A DNA stretch of 63,556 nt, the filler included, from Choristocarpus tenellus KU-1152 (Eukaryota; Protista; Phaeophyceae), in NCBI GenBank assembly GCA_964200185.2. It is 9 parts of 9 records of this genome, joined end to end, with 100 filler letters (N's around TTAATTAATTAA, not from the genome) between each part and the next. Parts side by side here need not be neighbours in the genome. Positions count along the whole stretch, not along the records: positions 40,657 to 49,039 come from CAXNAD020004784.1; positions 49,140 to 55,805 come from CAXNAD020007612.1; positions 55,906 to 60,741 come from CAXNAD020012872.1; 6 more parts are not named here. One strand, written 5' to 3'. The position numbers were made by a program, and so were the translations under genes. Below are positions 47,325 to 60,002 of the stretch, in pieces; positions within the stretch are counted from its first letter, which is position 1, and every line of letters starts with the position of its first letter. The notes under the pieces are model-generated. The model did no database searches, was not told the DNA's origin, and saw only the letters and a program-made list of their open reading frames with translations.

Positions 47325-47553
47325 AATAGTTAGGCAACATTGCATTTTAAGGACCCGAAGGAATGGCAAAAAGACGCCATTTTGTACAATTGTAGAAAGA
47401 GCCTTTGCTGAATTGTGGTGTCACTTTGTGTATTGAAAGGGGGAACACTAATTTTGCATACACTATTGTTCACATAAAGCAATGAAATAGTGTATCAGAA
47501 AGGATAGAAAAGATGGCTTGGATTGCAAAAGGGTCCAAGCCTGCCTACCTCTC
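47325..47553 (-). mobile_element. Second, inverted copy of the 41034-41239 MITE sequence (or the right end of a larger element)
   Basis: Its reverse complement aligns by eye along essentially the whole MITE, for example agcaaagsctctt...ttgtwcaaaat..cgtctttt. The TIR cctgcctacctctc at 47540-47553 is intact and the other TIR is decayed. Confidence 0.75.
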
Positions 47554-49466
47554 AACTACTTAAACTCAAAGCATACCCACTCATATGCAATATTCCATGT
47601 CGCTTAACACTTGGTCCATTATCACTTTCTTCAAAATGTTAGCCTGAGTAGTGATTATCGAAACATTTAGCATTATGACTACCCACAGTGTCCCAAACCA
47701 CCTACGATAAACCTTACTTTTTCCATTACGGAACAAGTTAGTAGGAATATATGACTGAAAATTTTGCAATTCTTACTCAAGTCGGATGAATATGTTAACA
47801 CTAGAAAAACAGAGATATTTTACGGTAAATACATGAACCATACTCTAGCAGAGAGAGTATGTGTGTTCAGGATTGTGTGGCTACACGTGGTGTAGTTGGG
47901 AGTGATGCAGGACTCGAGAAGTATAGCATTAGGTGTCGGGAGAGCTTTGAAGTATTTGGTGGTGAGACACGAAAAGAGAATAAAGCACAGATACTTGTAA
48001 CATTCTGGTCAAGGCCGATATAAATGATACACATCCTCCATGCTACTCTGTGAGGATGACTTCTTAGACCTTCTTATCTTCAATGTTTGGATCACTGAAG
48101 CATTTATAGTAGTTTATTTGAGCTTATTACTATTTGAATCTCCACACAGGCTGGTATGTCTCCATTCACCTCTTCATCTACATCATCCTCCTCAATCTCC
48201 AACACTCAAAATATGTCATACATCATCTTCAGTCCCAGCGAGGGAGCAACGAGGTCCTCCCTCAGTACACACTCTTGATCCTCCTAGATCGTCTTCAGGT
48301 TCAACCTTTTCATCCTCACACACTTGGCACGTTCACTCAGGGCTAGCAACTCGACTTTCACCTTCTACCGCTTAATGTATCTGGTCGGCCCCAAGTCCAC
48401 TTTTTTCCTGGATTTGAACTTCTCCATGATCTATCTAGCCTGTCACAAAGTCCTCATTCCCTTGTGTAGGTTCGCTTGTATCCCATTGACATGCGTGAAC
48501 TGTATGACTATGAGAACATGGAGCGCCCATGCACAGTTCCCAGGTACCATTTGGAAGGAACCGTCGCTTCTGTATCTGTAAGCACAGTAAGGTCAAGATT
48601 TTTTTCTGACCGATCAGGGTCATAATCCCTCAACCAACATCTCAACCTCTAGGACTCTCCTGCAGACGGTAAGTATACCAGTGGAACACCAGGGAGGTGA
48701 TTACATTCGGCCCCTTGCCTATGTTCTTTTCATGCTAGCATTTCCCCATGATATGATCCGGCCTGTTGCAAATTCCTCTCAGACACATTTGTTGTACCCC
48801 TTTATGGGGATCACACGCATCTCATGAACGACTTTTGAAAAGTGGAAACCCACCAAATAGCCTGCCCCACAAGGTTCCCAACTACCTGGTAGATGAATCC
48901 TTTCCTTTCTCAGAGAGCATCAAGTCAAAAGACTGTTCCATGCCCAATTAGACAAAACCCCCCAAAACAGTCGACTCAACTTCTGCCCCCAACCGCATTA
49001 TCACCGGGGAATCGGGACCCCCCCCCCCCCCATGGAACANNNNNNNNNNNNNNNNNNNNNNNNNNNNNNNNNNNNNNNNNNNNTTAATTAATTAANNNNN
49101 NNNNNNNNNNNNNNNNNNNNNNNNNNNNNNNNNNNNNNNGGGGGTGCCGGAGTCCGTTTTTGACCTGCAGGACCAACCATGGCTAATTCAGAGTCAAGCA
49201 TCCAGGGCAACCAAGCTCAGAAATGTTTGATTCCACAGAGAGTAGAGTCATGTGCTAACAACAACAAAGACCATTGAGATAGTTTGAATGATATAGTGCG
49301 TCACAGCAATCCTGCAACAAACCCTACCTCCAATTATGTTGACGCTCACTGTACATTACATTGCCATTGCACGCAACATCTTTGCATAGACCTCACATGG
49401 GTAAGGAGATTACGATATTGGCATTACGAAAATTTACCTTCTTTTCTACAGTTCCATCCTCCTAGT

Positions 49467-49748
49467 AAGCCAAAGTATCTTAGAGGGTATAGTCGCGTCC
49501 ATTTGGGGGCCGAAATCCAATGTTGCAATTTTGATGTAATTTTGATGTAATTTTGATGTAATTTTGGCTATCATGTTTGTTAGGAAATATCAATATCCTT
49601 GTTCTGGACACGCATTTGCATAACATACACATTTTACCTACTCCGAAACATTTTGGAGTAGGTAAAAATGTCATCAAAAACCCGTGGGAAGCCAAGCCCC
49701 AAATGGACAAACAGGGAAAAACTCATACCCTCTAAGATACTTTCACTC
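49467..49748. mobile_element. MITE of the CAAAGTATCT family, TSD AGT
   Basis: Sequence reads agt|aagccaaagtatcttagagggtat...gtccatttggggg ... gccccaaatggac...ataccctctaagatactttcactc|agt. Confidence 0.8.
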
Positions 49749-50587
49749 AGTCACAGTAATTCCTGCTACTGATACAAATATATATATAAAACTACCAGGT
49801 GCATATTTGACGGTAGGGATAAGTAAAAGAGAGCAAGGAAAAACACTTAGGGTTAGGGTTATCTATGTTCTGATAATGTTACACACCACATTGTACCTGT
49901 TGCTGTGTTGCCTCCCTCTGTAGAACACAGTCTCAATCGAGCAAAGCCTTCTAATTATATTATGCCAGGGAAATTTTTGCTTAGAAAAAAAAAAACTGTT
50001 TTACCAGAGGAGCAAAGGAGAGTATAGAATTTGATGCACACGGGGGATTTTTCCTGCATACATCACTTTTGGAGGGCATCTCTTTTACCTTACCCACTAC
50101 ACTTACTACACAGTGTCTTGGATATAGCCGACGTCAGATTAGCTACCTACCTCTCTTGAGCATACTCCAGAGCACTTTGATTGCAATCTTTTGAGAAAAA
50201 ATATCTGAACTGTTTATAAGATATCGCCTGTGCCACTTGAGGACGAGACTCGAACAGGTTCACACCCTTACACCTAGAACATCGTTCGGGGCACTATTAT
50301 ATCACTATTCTTGTGCCTGAAGTCCCGAAGAATCTCCTCACTGAACTTGTACAAGGATACAGAGGGATGGTAGTGTGCACTACAGACTTACATGTTTTAT
50401 TGATACACACAGCACTTCCAGAGACAGTGCAGGAGAACAAGCATATCTACTGATTGATCGTGTCTCCTTACACTCCCCCTTGTCATCAGACTCCACACAA
50501 CCTTCGTATCATGGTCATGGATCTATTTACACACCATTGTACAGTGTGTAATGGCCCATTTGAATGCACCAATGCATATAAACCCAC

Positions 50588-52869
50588 CTGAGCTATTGTA
50601 AACCTCTCCCCAAGGATGCCCACGTTGCGACTGAATGTATCCCAGTGCTCTGCCTTCATCACAATTCCGTAGCTTTCTGCAGGGAATTTCAGCAGCATGC
50701 TTGACTCTAAAGCAACACTTTCAAAATGGCAACAGTGTACTGGTTCTAAGGATGCACTATCCTTCATGCCACCCCAACCAACACTCGCCCTGTTCCCTTC
50801 GAATGTAGTATGTTTTACTTCTCCCTCCTCCTCCCCCGGCTTTCCCATGCCTGCCCTTGCTTCCCTCTGAACTGTGGTGTTGTTGGACACTTCTGAGGAA
50901 GGACCATTCTATATTCGCATGATGTCAGTCACAGTTAGTCGGCAAGTATTATGGGGTGATGGATGAGACAGATATGGCATTGCTCTGAGGGAGTCAACTT
51001 CGTTTTGGTCTTTCTATGGTGTAACTACATATATCTCACCTTCGCTGCAAAGAGGGCCAGAGAACTGTTCCAACATGAAGCATAGGGTGATTGAGAGGTA
51101 GAGGACATGGCTGGGCCAATACTTTCATTGGTTTGACTGTTGTGCTTTGTTTCGCGTCTTCCAACCCCGGAATTCTAAAATGAAACTCCAGGTTGTTTGC
51201 GATGTAAAGTTACCTACTCACCCGTATGTTGTTACAAGGTCTCCTGAGATATATCAGTGAGGCAGTTCCGAAGAGGAAACACTATCAGACCAGAGAACTC
51301 AGAACTGGTTATTTCTGGGTCTCTAGTTTGAGCTTCAAAACTATTGCTACGATTTCAGTTGTCTAGACATACTATACTTACTACGGCAAGAAGAGCTACT
51401 TGTGTACATTGCAGTTCACAATATTTATAGATCTGAGTTTCTCATATCTTTCTATTCATGAACGAGAAGCAAGTATGAGGCAACTTCCAAGTAGGAATAC
51501 GACATAACTATTGTACCACGCTTCATAGGCTAGCACATCAAAACTGAAGGCTCTCTTTTGGCGAAACCTGCTGGGCGATGTGGGACCAAATGGACATGTA
51601 CACCACCTCTTGTAGAAACAAGGTACAGACAATTCGGTTGGCATTGATTATGACAGTGAAGTGGGTATGGATTTTCACTGAATGAATGGACCAATACTGT
51701 TCCTTTCGTTGTGCTCAACACAGCCTACACTCTATCTCTGCGGACTTTACCTGTGATACATATCTAGTAAGTCCAGAGCTTGGTGAATGCCCAATCCTCA
51801 CTGTGGTCGACAGCTCTTCCCCGATGCTCTCTTCCATGAAAATCCCCCCTTCTGTGATCACCGACCTTGCTCTTCTCGTAGAAGCGTCTATCGCACTCCT
51901 ATCAGGTATCTTGCCAATGACGTCCGCAACTGTACCAACTTTGTCCAAACTCGATTCGTCTAAGGCACCTAGATCGCTGCTAGTGTTATCATGCTCTTCC
52001 AGGAGAGCGACTGATCCCATGAAAACAGCATAGAAGCAGTGCGCGGGGGAACCCTTCCTTGAGATGACCTGGCCTGTTTCGTATTGCTCCTGGTTTTTCC
52101 CATCAGTTTTCAGGGTGTGAATTGGTAGAGTATGAGCTGGGTCTTACCATGTGGTCCACCTCAGGTGATAGGTTGTTCGGTATCTGAGTTTCCGCTGATC
52201 ATCATCGAAGGATGGACAAGCAAGGGGTTTCCTTCATTGGAGCAATACTGGAATAAATATTTGGCTGAAGAATGTGTTTAGGATCAAACGGTCACATTCA
52301 CTCACCAACGTCACTGACTTTCCTAGCCCCGTGAGTATACGACGACCCAAGGCTCGAAGCTTGGGATTACCCTCCATCCACTCTGCAATAATATTTAGGT
52401 CCTCCATTCCCCTGCGCTCAGGATGCTGGTTGAGCGCACGAAGGAGGTACCTGAACATCCCCGAAAGCAACCATTCCGAGGAACGACGAATTGAACAAGA
52501 AGAACAAGGTTGCAGAGTAGAGGAAGAGAGGGTAGTGTTCGTGATAGGATGGAAAAGAAGGCATGGAAGAGGGCTCTTTGCAAGTGGGTGCTCAGGAATC
52601 ACTCTCGAGTCATTGCCTCACCCTCGGGAGCTAAATTCCGGGTCGTGCTTATCGGCATAGCGTAGAAAGACTAGTTGAAAGTCCTTTCTATTCGTGAGCC
52701 AATCTGGAAACCATGGACTCTTGGGGCCAGACATTGAGTTGTTCTGGTGTTCCGGATATATTTTAGCCACCCCAGTATCGGGGGCGGAGGAATGACCGTG
52801 TGTACCTTTCCTCGCTTTGACTATGATCGCATTGGTCCCATTGTTGCTTTTGATGCCCTCCTCGATCAT
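50588..52869 (-). CDS. Cyclic-nucleotide-binding-domain protein (CNBD-like), 5' partial
   Basis: Phase-consistent exons 52869-52622, 52450-52306 and 52089-51751, plus a probable exon at ~50900-50588. The spliced ...HPERRGMEDLNIIAEWM...LGKSVTL/EQYETGQVISRKGSPAHCFYAVFMGSV matches the start of a cNMP-binding beta-roll. Confidence 0.65.
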
Positions 52870-53228
52870 TGGTGCTCTTCTTCAAAATTTGCACCAAAAT
52901 GGTATATATGTAGTGTCACTTGTTGAAAGTGTATGTGAGTGTGGACATCATTGATCACTATCACGTCTGGATCCGTAATCGGTATGAGGTTTTGGTTGCT
53001 GCAGAAGATGCTGAGGACGGACATACTTATACAAGTATATGTTTGTGATACGTCACATACTCCGAGTACGTAGTGATGTATGTGATGTGTGATGATGTGT
53101 GGACAGTAGTAGTACCTTTGGCAGTTTCGTCTGAGAGGTAACAAAATCACCTTTCGAAGGCGGTTTTAGTTGTGGTAGAGGTATTGACTACATTTACCAA
53201 CAGCAGGATAGGAACGACTTCTTGAAAG

Positions 53229-54751
53229 ATGCTCAAAACGGTCGGGACCCTGATGTTGTTGGGATATACTGCCAGTCTCTATGTGGAAGCTTTCCAAGCT
53301 CTCCCATTTACCACCTGTCGTTCTCATGCAAGGTCAGTCAGTAAACATGAACATGAACCAAAGTTGGATCATCAAAATAGCTGTCATCTGCGTCACGAAA
53401 CGGATCTGGTTGGGTCTCTTGGTTGCTTGAGTAAATATTTTTCGCTAGGGTATAAATAAGTTTAGGAAGTATTCTGGGGGTAGAGTTCTAGCAACATCGA
53501 CCTCTTTTTGACTCAATATGGAGCAAAAACTGATACCACACTGCCAACTGTCCCAACTCAAGGATCGCCATGTCTATATGCGGTGATCACCAAGAGACTC
53601 GGAAATCTTTCTTCGAGAAATCACTTTCTCTCCTCGGGGGTCTAGGAATAACTGGGGGGTTACTCGAAGGAGTCAGTAATCCCGAGCCCACACCAGCCGC
53701 GGTGTACCTGGAGACCGAGCGTTACGGAGACAAGGAGCTCAAGATCGCTACGGTCAACAAACTCAAGCAGCAGCTGAGGAATAAGGTCAGTATGGTTTGC
53801 ATTTTCAGCTGTTTTAAAGTTGCTTCCGATATTTTGATCTGCTACATACTTCCGAGTTTTCTGGTTTTCTGGCACACTCGTTGTGTGTTGACATTTTGCC
53901 GAGAACATTCCTCCTTCACGACGCCATCGTTGGGGTTGCCCTTTTATTAAGACATTACATAAGCAGTTGCAATTTCTGAAATAATCCGATGCTAAAAGGG
54001 AAGTCGACAATTGAGGAGGTTCAGTGACCCCAATCAATGACTGCATCGTTTGATACGATCTGACATTTGTATTGAGTATGTGCTCTATTTGTCGTCGATA
54101 TGGGCCTGTGATACAACGGAGTAGCCCTATTGAAATTTTACTGTGGTCTGCGCTCTTCATTGACCCCATTATGACCAAAACCCGTGCATATTTATTCAAC
54201 AACGGAAACTAAGTGCCAACTGGAGATCTTTTATATATAGTATCAAGCAGTGGGGGAAAGGACTACTCTAGTGTCTTACACCCCAAAATTTTTGTGAGTA
54301 CTGCAGAGGATACTTAGTGCCTCGCAGCTTAGGAGTAGGGCCTTGCCGCATTTCACCTACATACCTGGCTTTTTGTGTTTCAAATGTTGTGTTCTAGATA
54401 CCCCCTGCTCCTCTTCCCAAAACCCTCCTTCCCTTCCCCTCCCCTCCCCCCCCCCAACAAAAAAAAGATGGTCAAAGATCCTGCCCTGGCGCCAAGCTTC
54501 CTCAAAGTAGCAATATCCGATGCGCTGGGGTATGATGTCAAGGCACAGACAGGGGGTCCGGATGGGTCTGTTGCGTTTGAAATGGATAGACCTGAGAACA
54601 AGGACCTCAAACAGGTGCTAGAAGCAACAATGAGTATCAAGGCTTCCCTGCAACGAACCAATGAGATCTCTCTGGCTGACGTGATAGCCTTTGGTGGGGC
54701 AGAGGCCATTGAGGCTGTTGGGGGACCGAGACTGAGCGTTCAGATTGGACG
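53229..54751 (+). CDS. TL29: Thylakoid-lumen TL29/APX4-like ascorbate-peroxidase homologue, 5' partial
   Basis: Exons 53229-53332, 53563-53785 and 54468-54751. There is a signal peptide with VEA|F, a transit peptide, and a TRKSFF plus hydrophobic lumenal signal. The peroxidase fold reads DPALAPSFLKVAISDALGYD...GGPDGSV...RPEN...ISLADVIAFGGAEAIEAVGGP...IGR, without the distal RLAWH motif. Confidence 0.8.
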
Positions 54752-55473
54752 GTGAGAGAATGCTTTCATTTTATTTTATTTATTTTGTTTAATTTTTTTC
54801 CAGACATTTTTATTGTTGCGGGTGTGGAAGGGGATTAACTTGACGATGGAAATTATATATACTTCTATATTTTTGCTAGTTTTTTGGGGTTTTTTGCCGG
54901 GGTAAGGGGGTGGGGGTGGGGGGGAGGGGCACTCAGCAGGTATGACGTTCCCTAAAGTTCATTTGATTTGCACTCAAGTTTTGAATGGGCTGGGGATTTT
55001 CGATGTTAACCTGAGAACTTAGTGGAGTTGCCGACCATTGACTGGGAGTACGTGTTTCAGGCCCTTGTGCATGGGCACACAAGAGGTTTAAAAAGCTCAT
55101 AGAGCCAGTGAGGTTCTCCGCTTGAACCTTGCAAGGCGTTTGAAGTATGACCCATTCTAGTTCATGTTCCTATCGAAAAATATGCTACTATATGCAGAAA
55201 TGTGGGTTGATGCCTTTTCATCCTTCCGGTTCAAGACATCCCCGGAAGGCGTTCATTGTAACTTTAAAGTGTTGTGTGTCTTGGGAAACATAGCTCCCAC
55301 ATTTCACAACTTAAGCCTGTACTGTTCTACTCCAAGGAGGTGACACGCTGTTATCGTGGACAACACACAGTGCATGGATTGAGGAAGTGAGGACTTGTGG
55401 GTATTGTGGGCATGGTATGTCAAGGAGACAACAGACTCCGTCTGTATGCCTGGACAGTATTTCAACTTAGAGC

Positions 55474-55805
55474 GGGTTGTACTCTAGTATTAACAGGTTG
55501 TACTCTAGTACTAAGAGGTTGTATTCTAGTGCCAACAGGTTGTACTCTAGTGCCAACAGGCCGCACTCTAGTGCCAACAGGTTGTACTCTAGTGCCAACA
55601 GGTTGTATTCTAGTGCCAACAGGTTGTACTTTAGTACCAACAGGTTGTATTGTAGTGCCAACAGGTTGTATTCTAGTACCAACAGGTTGTATTCTAGTGC
55701 CAACAGGTTGTACTTTAGTACCAACAGTTTGTACTCTAGTGCCAACCGGTTATACTCTAGTGCCAACAGGTTGTACTCTAGTATCAACATGTCGTACTCT
55801 AGTAC
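55474..55805. repeat. 21-bp minisatellite (acaggttgtaytctagtgcca)n
   Basis: About 16 tandem copies up to the contig end. It explains the repetitive ORFs at 55397-55861. Confidence 0.95.
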
Positions 55806-55932
55806 NNNNNNNNNNNNNNNNNNNNNNNNNNNNNNNNNNNNNNNNNNNNTTAATTAATTAANNNNNNNNNNNNNNNNNNNNNNNNNNNNNNNNNNNNNNN
55901 NNNNNGAGGGGGGGGAGGGGGGAGGGGGAGGA

Positions 55933-55971
<39 letters not shown>

Positions 55972-56598
55972 GAGGGGCAGTTTTAAATTGGCAGTGCCCC
56001 TCAAGAGAAGGGGGCATGCCTCTGTTGAAAATCTACCCTTTCTTACAGCTTTGAGGTGGAAACCGTCAAAATACACCATGCGTACACCTTCCCAAGAGGG
56101 CGTATGCCTACAAGTTCATACCACCTCAGCCCCCCATGTTGACATCAAATCCAAAAACGCCACATTATGGCGCAAGTTGGGGGGCTAGATGTGGAGAGAT
56201 ACACAAGAACCAACTCATAGAGTCCACGACGAAAGACATTCGTGCAAGCAGGTCACTAAAGCGCCTTACACCACAAGAAGAATCAGCGCAAACATTGTAT
56301 AAAAATGTCACCTACAGATTGGGAAGGACTTACTTACGAAGAGGGTGATGCTTCCTCCGCTAGAGACAAAAACAAAACCAGCGGCAAACTCGGATATGGC
56401 GAGAGCCAACATGATTCAATCCACGGAATAGCAACACACAAAGCGTCCCATACTCGTGCACCAAGCACTGTGTTCCGACCGACTCACAAGTACCTAAACA
56501 ACTATCCACATGCGCACTTAAAGACAAGACTGTTCCCACGAGATATTACCTCTGGCCCAAAGCAGGGTCTCTCTCATGTTGTGTGGTGTACACAAAGC

Positions 56599-58956
56599 TT
56601 AAGCACCATTAGCCGGGTGACCAACTACTCTTGCTCTAGTAATTTGCTGACGGTGGAAGTTCTTTCTGTTCGATACGGCCGCAGAATTCCGTTGCAAGAT
56701 GTAACTGAGCCTGCACTCCCCACTGCAGAATTCATAACCGTGCTCCATCGGCAAGTACGACTGTACAGAGGACACGAGATCCAGGAGGAAAAAATGGAGG
56801 CACAGGCTTAGATGTCGACGGTGGAAGATTACAATAATCCGCAACACTTGAGAGTAAGCAGCCCAAGACGCGGTGACGGAGGAGGTCACAAGACTCTGCT
56901 GCTGACATCACCCTTACGTATCGATTACAAACGAAGGTACATAGCATGAAGTGCAGCTGTGTGGTTGGGCGCTGTCAAGGTCAACAACGAAGAACAGCTA
57001 AGTCTTGTTTTGATGAGCATGGTAAGGGGTATGATGTATAAACCATGAGGAGACACGCATCAAAGTGCAACTTAGTGATCACGACCTATGGACAACCTCA
57101 AGGCATGACTCAGGTTTATGGGAACTCCATAGCGATGAGTTCAGCATAGGGAGGAAAAGAATTATCAGTTCTCCTAAGGTATGGTCTTTCCTAGTGGAGA
57201 TATATTAGGCACTCGGTCCTATCCTCACCTGGTGACAATACATGCAGGGCCGCAAGGAGAAATCATTCAGAAGACTCCTTGGACTCAAGAAGGTGGCATT
57301 TTGCTTGCTCAAGCTTCTCTGGCAGTCAGTTCGATCTCCCATACGCCAAGGTGAGGGGGACGGGATGTCGATGATGGGGCTTGGTGTTGTCGGTGGACTT
57401 GGGGTACGAGGTCTAGCGGCAACGCCATAACCAACGGTGCTGCACCCAGACATCATTCTTGAGGTTTTCGGCCTCGATGGATACAGGTTCACAATGCTGA
57501 TCGGTGTGCCTTGGGTGCTTTTGGGGTGATAATTACCACTTGGGTGTTGTAGGTTTGAGTCCGTCTTCGATTTTGGAGTAACCCTGGATTCCTGTTGTTG
57601 TCAACCCAGACTTGTTCAGGGGTTTTGGGATGACTTCTCTGCCTCTGGGGCTCTGACGCCCACCTATGTAAACAAACTACAGTTCAAGGGTGAGGAGGAC
57701 GAAGGGACGGAAAAGTTGATTCTAAAAACAAGTTAACAGTCGGGTAAAAGAACGTTTAACTCTAATAATGAGTAAGTGTTGAGATCATAGGTAAAGGAAT
57801 GGAATATATTTGGATCAAATACAGCTGTAGAAATCGCAGGATACCATATCATTTTGTGATTTGCAAACGGGGCAAAACTTGGAAATAGAGTTAGATTGAC
57901 AATGTGTAGTGTTCAGTCTGAACCGTTCGATCAATGTGATCAATCGTGGAAATATAATCGCACAAACGTCATGAATTGAGAAAATTAGAACTATTGTTTT
58001 GAGAGGGTACAGCTTGTGCCATTTCAATAGCAAAATAAGTTAAGAATAGTCAGATTTACGCCAATCACGTGATGGCTCCATAGAACACATCTCAGAATGC
58101 CTGTGTTTGCATTGGGTAAATGTAGGAAAAATGATATTTTCCAGTTGTGAAAGGACATACAAGAGAACATATCTATACTGGAAATCTCTCTAAGGATACA
58201 ATGAGATCACATATTTTGTATGGTTCCATATATTTCACAATACATATACATTATGGTTCGAGAACGCATATGAGAACATAAAACCCCCATACATCAGGTC
58301 TTCAAGTATGTTGATATGATGTACACAATATTCTCATCTATTGTATTACACTCGTGACCAAAAAACCAGGGGTGTGGTCATTTCACACAGAAAAACTTCA
58401 TAGTGATGACGGAATAGAAAATATGTCCCTGGTTCAACGACCTAGCTTGTGAGGTTCAAATTGGATATTGAAGTTGATCAAATGGTCCACATTGTTGTAT
58501 TTTTTCTTACTGTTGATATCTACTTTAATGGTTCAGATCCCTAGATATCTTGCTTACTGCAGAATACAAGAAATAATGTGTATCCTTACAGTATGTATAC
58601 ATTTTCCGGTAATATCTGTTCTTATTTTGGGCACATGCAAACCACTGTTAAAAGTAAACAAAAAATGATATTCCCTAACATCCAAAGTTTATTGAATTGG
58701 TTAATGATATGGTACCGACTCGAACTTTCCAGGAAACGTTCTCCCGGTTAAGGATTTCGACGATACTTGTTATTTACTAGACCTACCACAAAACTTTCCC
58801 CGCCACTTCCCATACACAAACCACTAAACCGAGCCCGTACTACCTCACCGTCAACATGTCCATGGGTTGGAGTTTGTCAATATTGTACGATAATTTGAGG
58901 ATAGGATTGGCGAGTATGACTACGGCAACAATGTCAGGGTCATGGCGTAGTGTCAT
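56599..58956 (-). CDS. ~210-aa low-complexity protein with a C-terminal FCS-type zinc finger (CxxC-x12-FCSxxC)
   Basis: Exons 58956-58849 (alternative ATG at 58863), 57591-57229 and 56760-56599, all phase 0 with canonical GT/AG. The splice joins RPCMYCHQ to SYLPMEHGYEFCSGECRLSY. Confidence 0.6.
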
Positions 58957-59822
58957 ACGTTGGTTGAAGTAAGCGAGGTAGCTGCAGGGGTAGAACTGTA
59001 TGTTTGAGTGGTGGGTGATGTTTGCTACTAAATTTTTGTGAATGGTGTATGTGATGTTGAAAATTGAGGCAGCTGCGGGAATAGGATTTCTTCCTTATAG
59101 AAGAAGAGTGTGGAGTATGTACGTATTTGGCATTAAACCTTAGTGTATGGTGCAGTGTGATGTTGCTTAGGAGTGATACAGATAGTCTGCAAGGTGAGAC
59201 AGGTAGTTGTAGGGGTAGACTATTATGGTTGGGTGGAGTAGACATTAGGAACAAAATTTTGGAGGTTTTATTTTTTTCGCTGACCTTTGGTCTGGAAAAT
59301 TCTCTACTACCTCACCCTACCTAGCCCTTGACCTACGGGCGCATGGGTTCGGAACGAAATTTTGGTGGTGTATTACAAATCTTCGCTCAGCTTTATTCCA
59401 GAAAATTCTCTACTACCTCTATTCTTCGCAGACCTTGACCTACCTGTGGTCAGATGTTTGTGCACACTGCAATACTATTTCTACCCTACATACCAAGTGT
59501 AGCACAACTACTTGCACAGTCCCCTACGTGGTTGTTATAGCAGTCCTGACCCTTGTAACGCTGTCTCTTCCTTCCGATCTCATGTGTATAGTCCCTCCGT
59601 CCGCAATGAACCTTCACCGCAAACCACAATTTCCACGTTTTTTGTAGTGTTTTAGCACAAGAATATAGTAAGGTACGGAAGTGCAACTCCTCGATACACC
59701 TGCAACAAGGCGCATGAAAATCTACTCTCCTGGAGGATAATTCGAAACGTTCGAGATTCGATCCACAACGTTTCCGTAATGGAGTGCCGGCAGACTATCA
59801 CGTGAGGTATGAGGAGAGTTCA

Positions 59823-60002
59823 GACTCAAAGTACCTGTGGGTGGGAGGGGGAGGTCTATACCAGGGTGTCCATTCGGGTCCTAACCAGGAGAAGTGCTCT
59901 CACATTATCCATCCGACGCATGCAACCAAATCACACAAAATTCGCGACATGGAAAAATGGGCCCCGAACGGACAGCCCCCACCCCCCCAAATACGTTGAG
60001 TC
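59823..60002. mobile_element. 180-bp MITE of the CAAAGTATCT family, TSD TCA
   Basis: Sequence reads tca|gactcaaagtacctgtggg...cccccaaatacgttgagtc|tca. The interior is homologous to 60448-60623. Confidence 0.85.

Noticed and set aside
17400-49039. Fanzor/TnpB, reverse transcriptase or intact DDE transposase in the decayed regions
   Set aside because: I could not read any RuvC, YxDD or convincing DDE motifs, and all frames are interrupted by stops.
55397-55861. Heptad-repeat ORFs (CTLVPTG / LEYNLLA / LYSSANR)
   Set aside because: These are translations of a 21-bp minisatellite at a contig end, probably intronic to the TL29-like gene.
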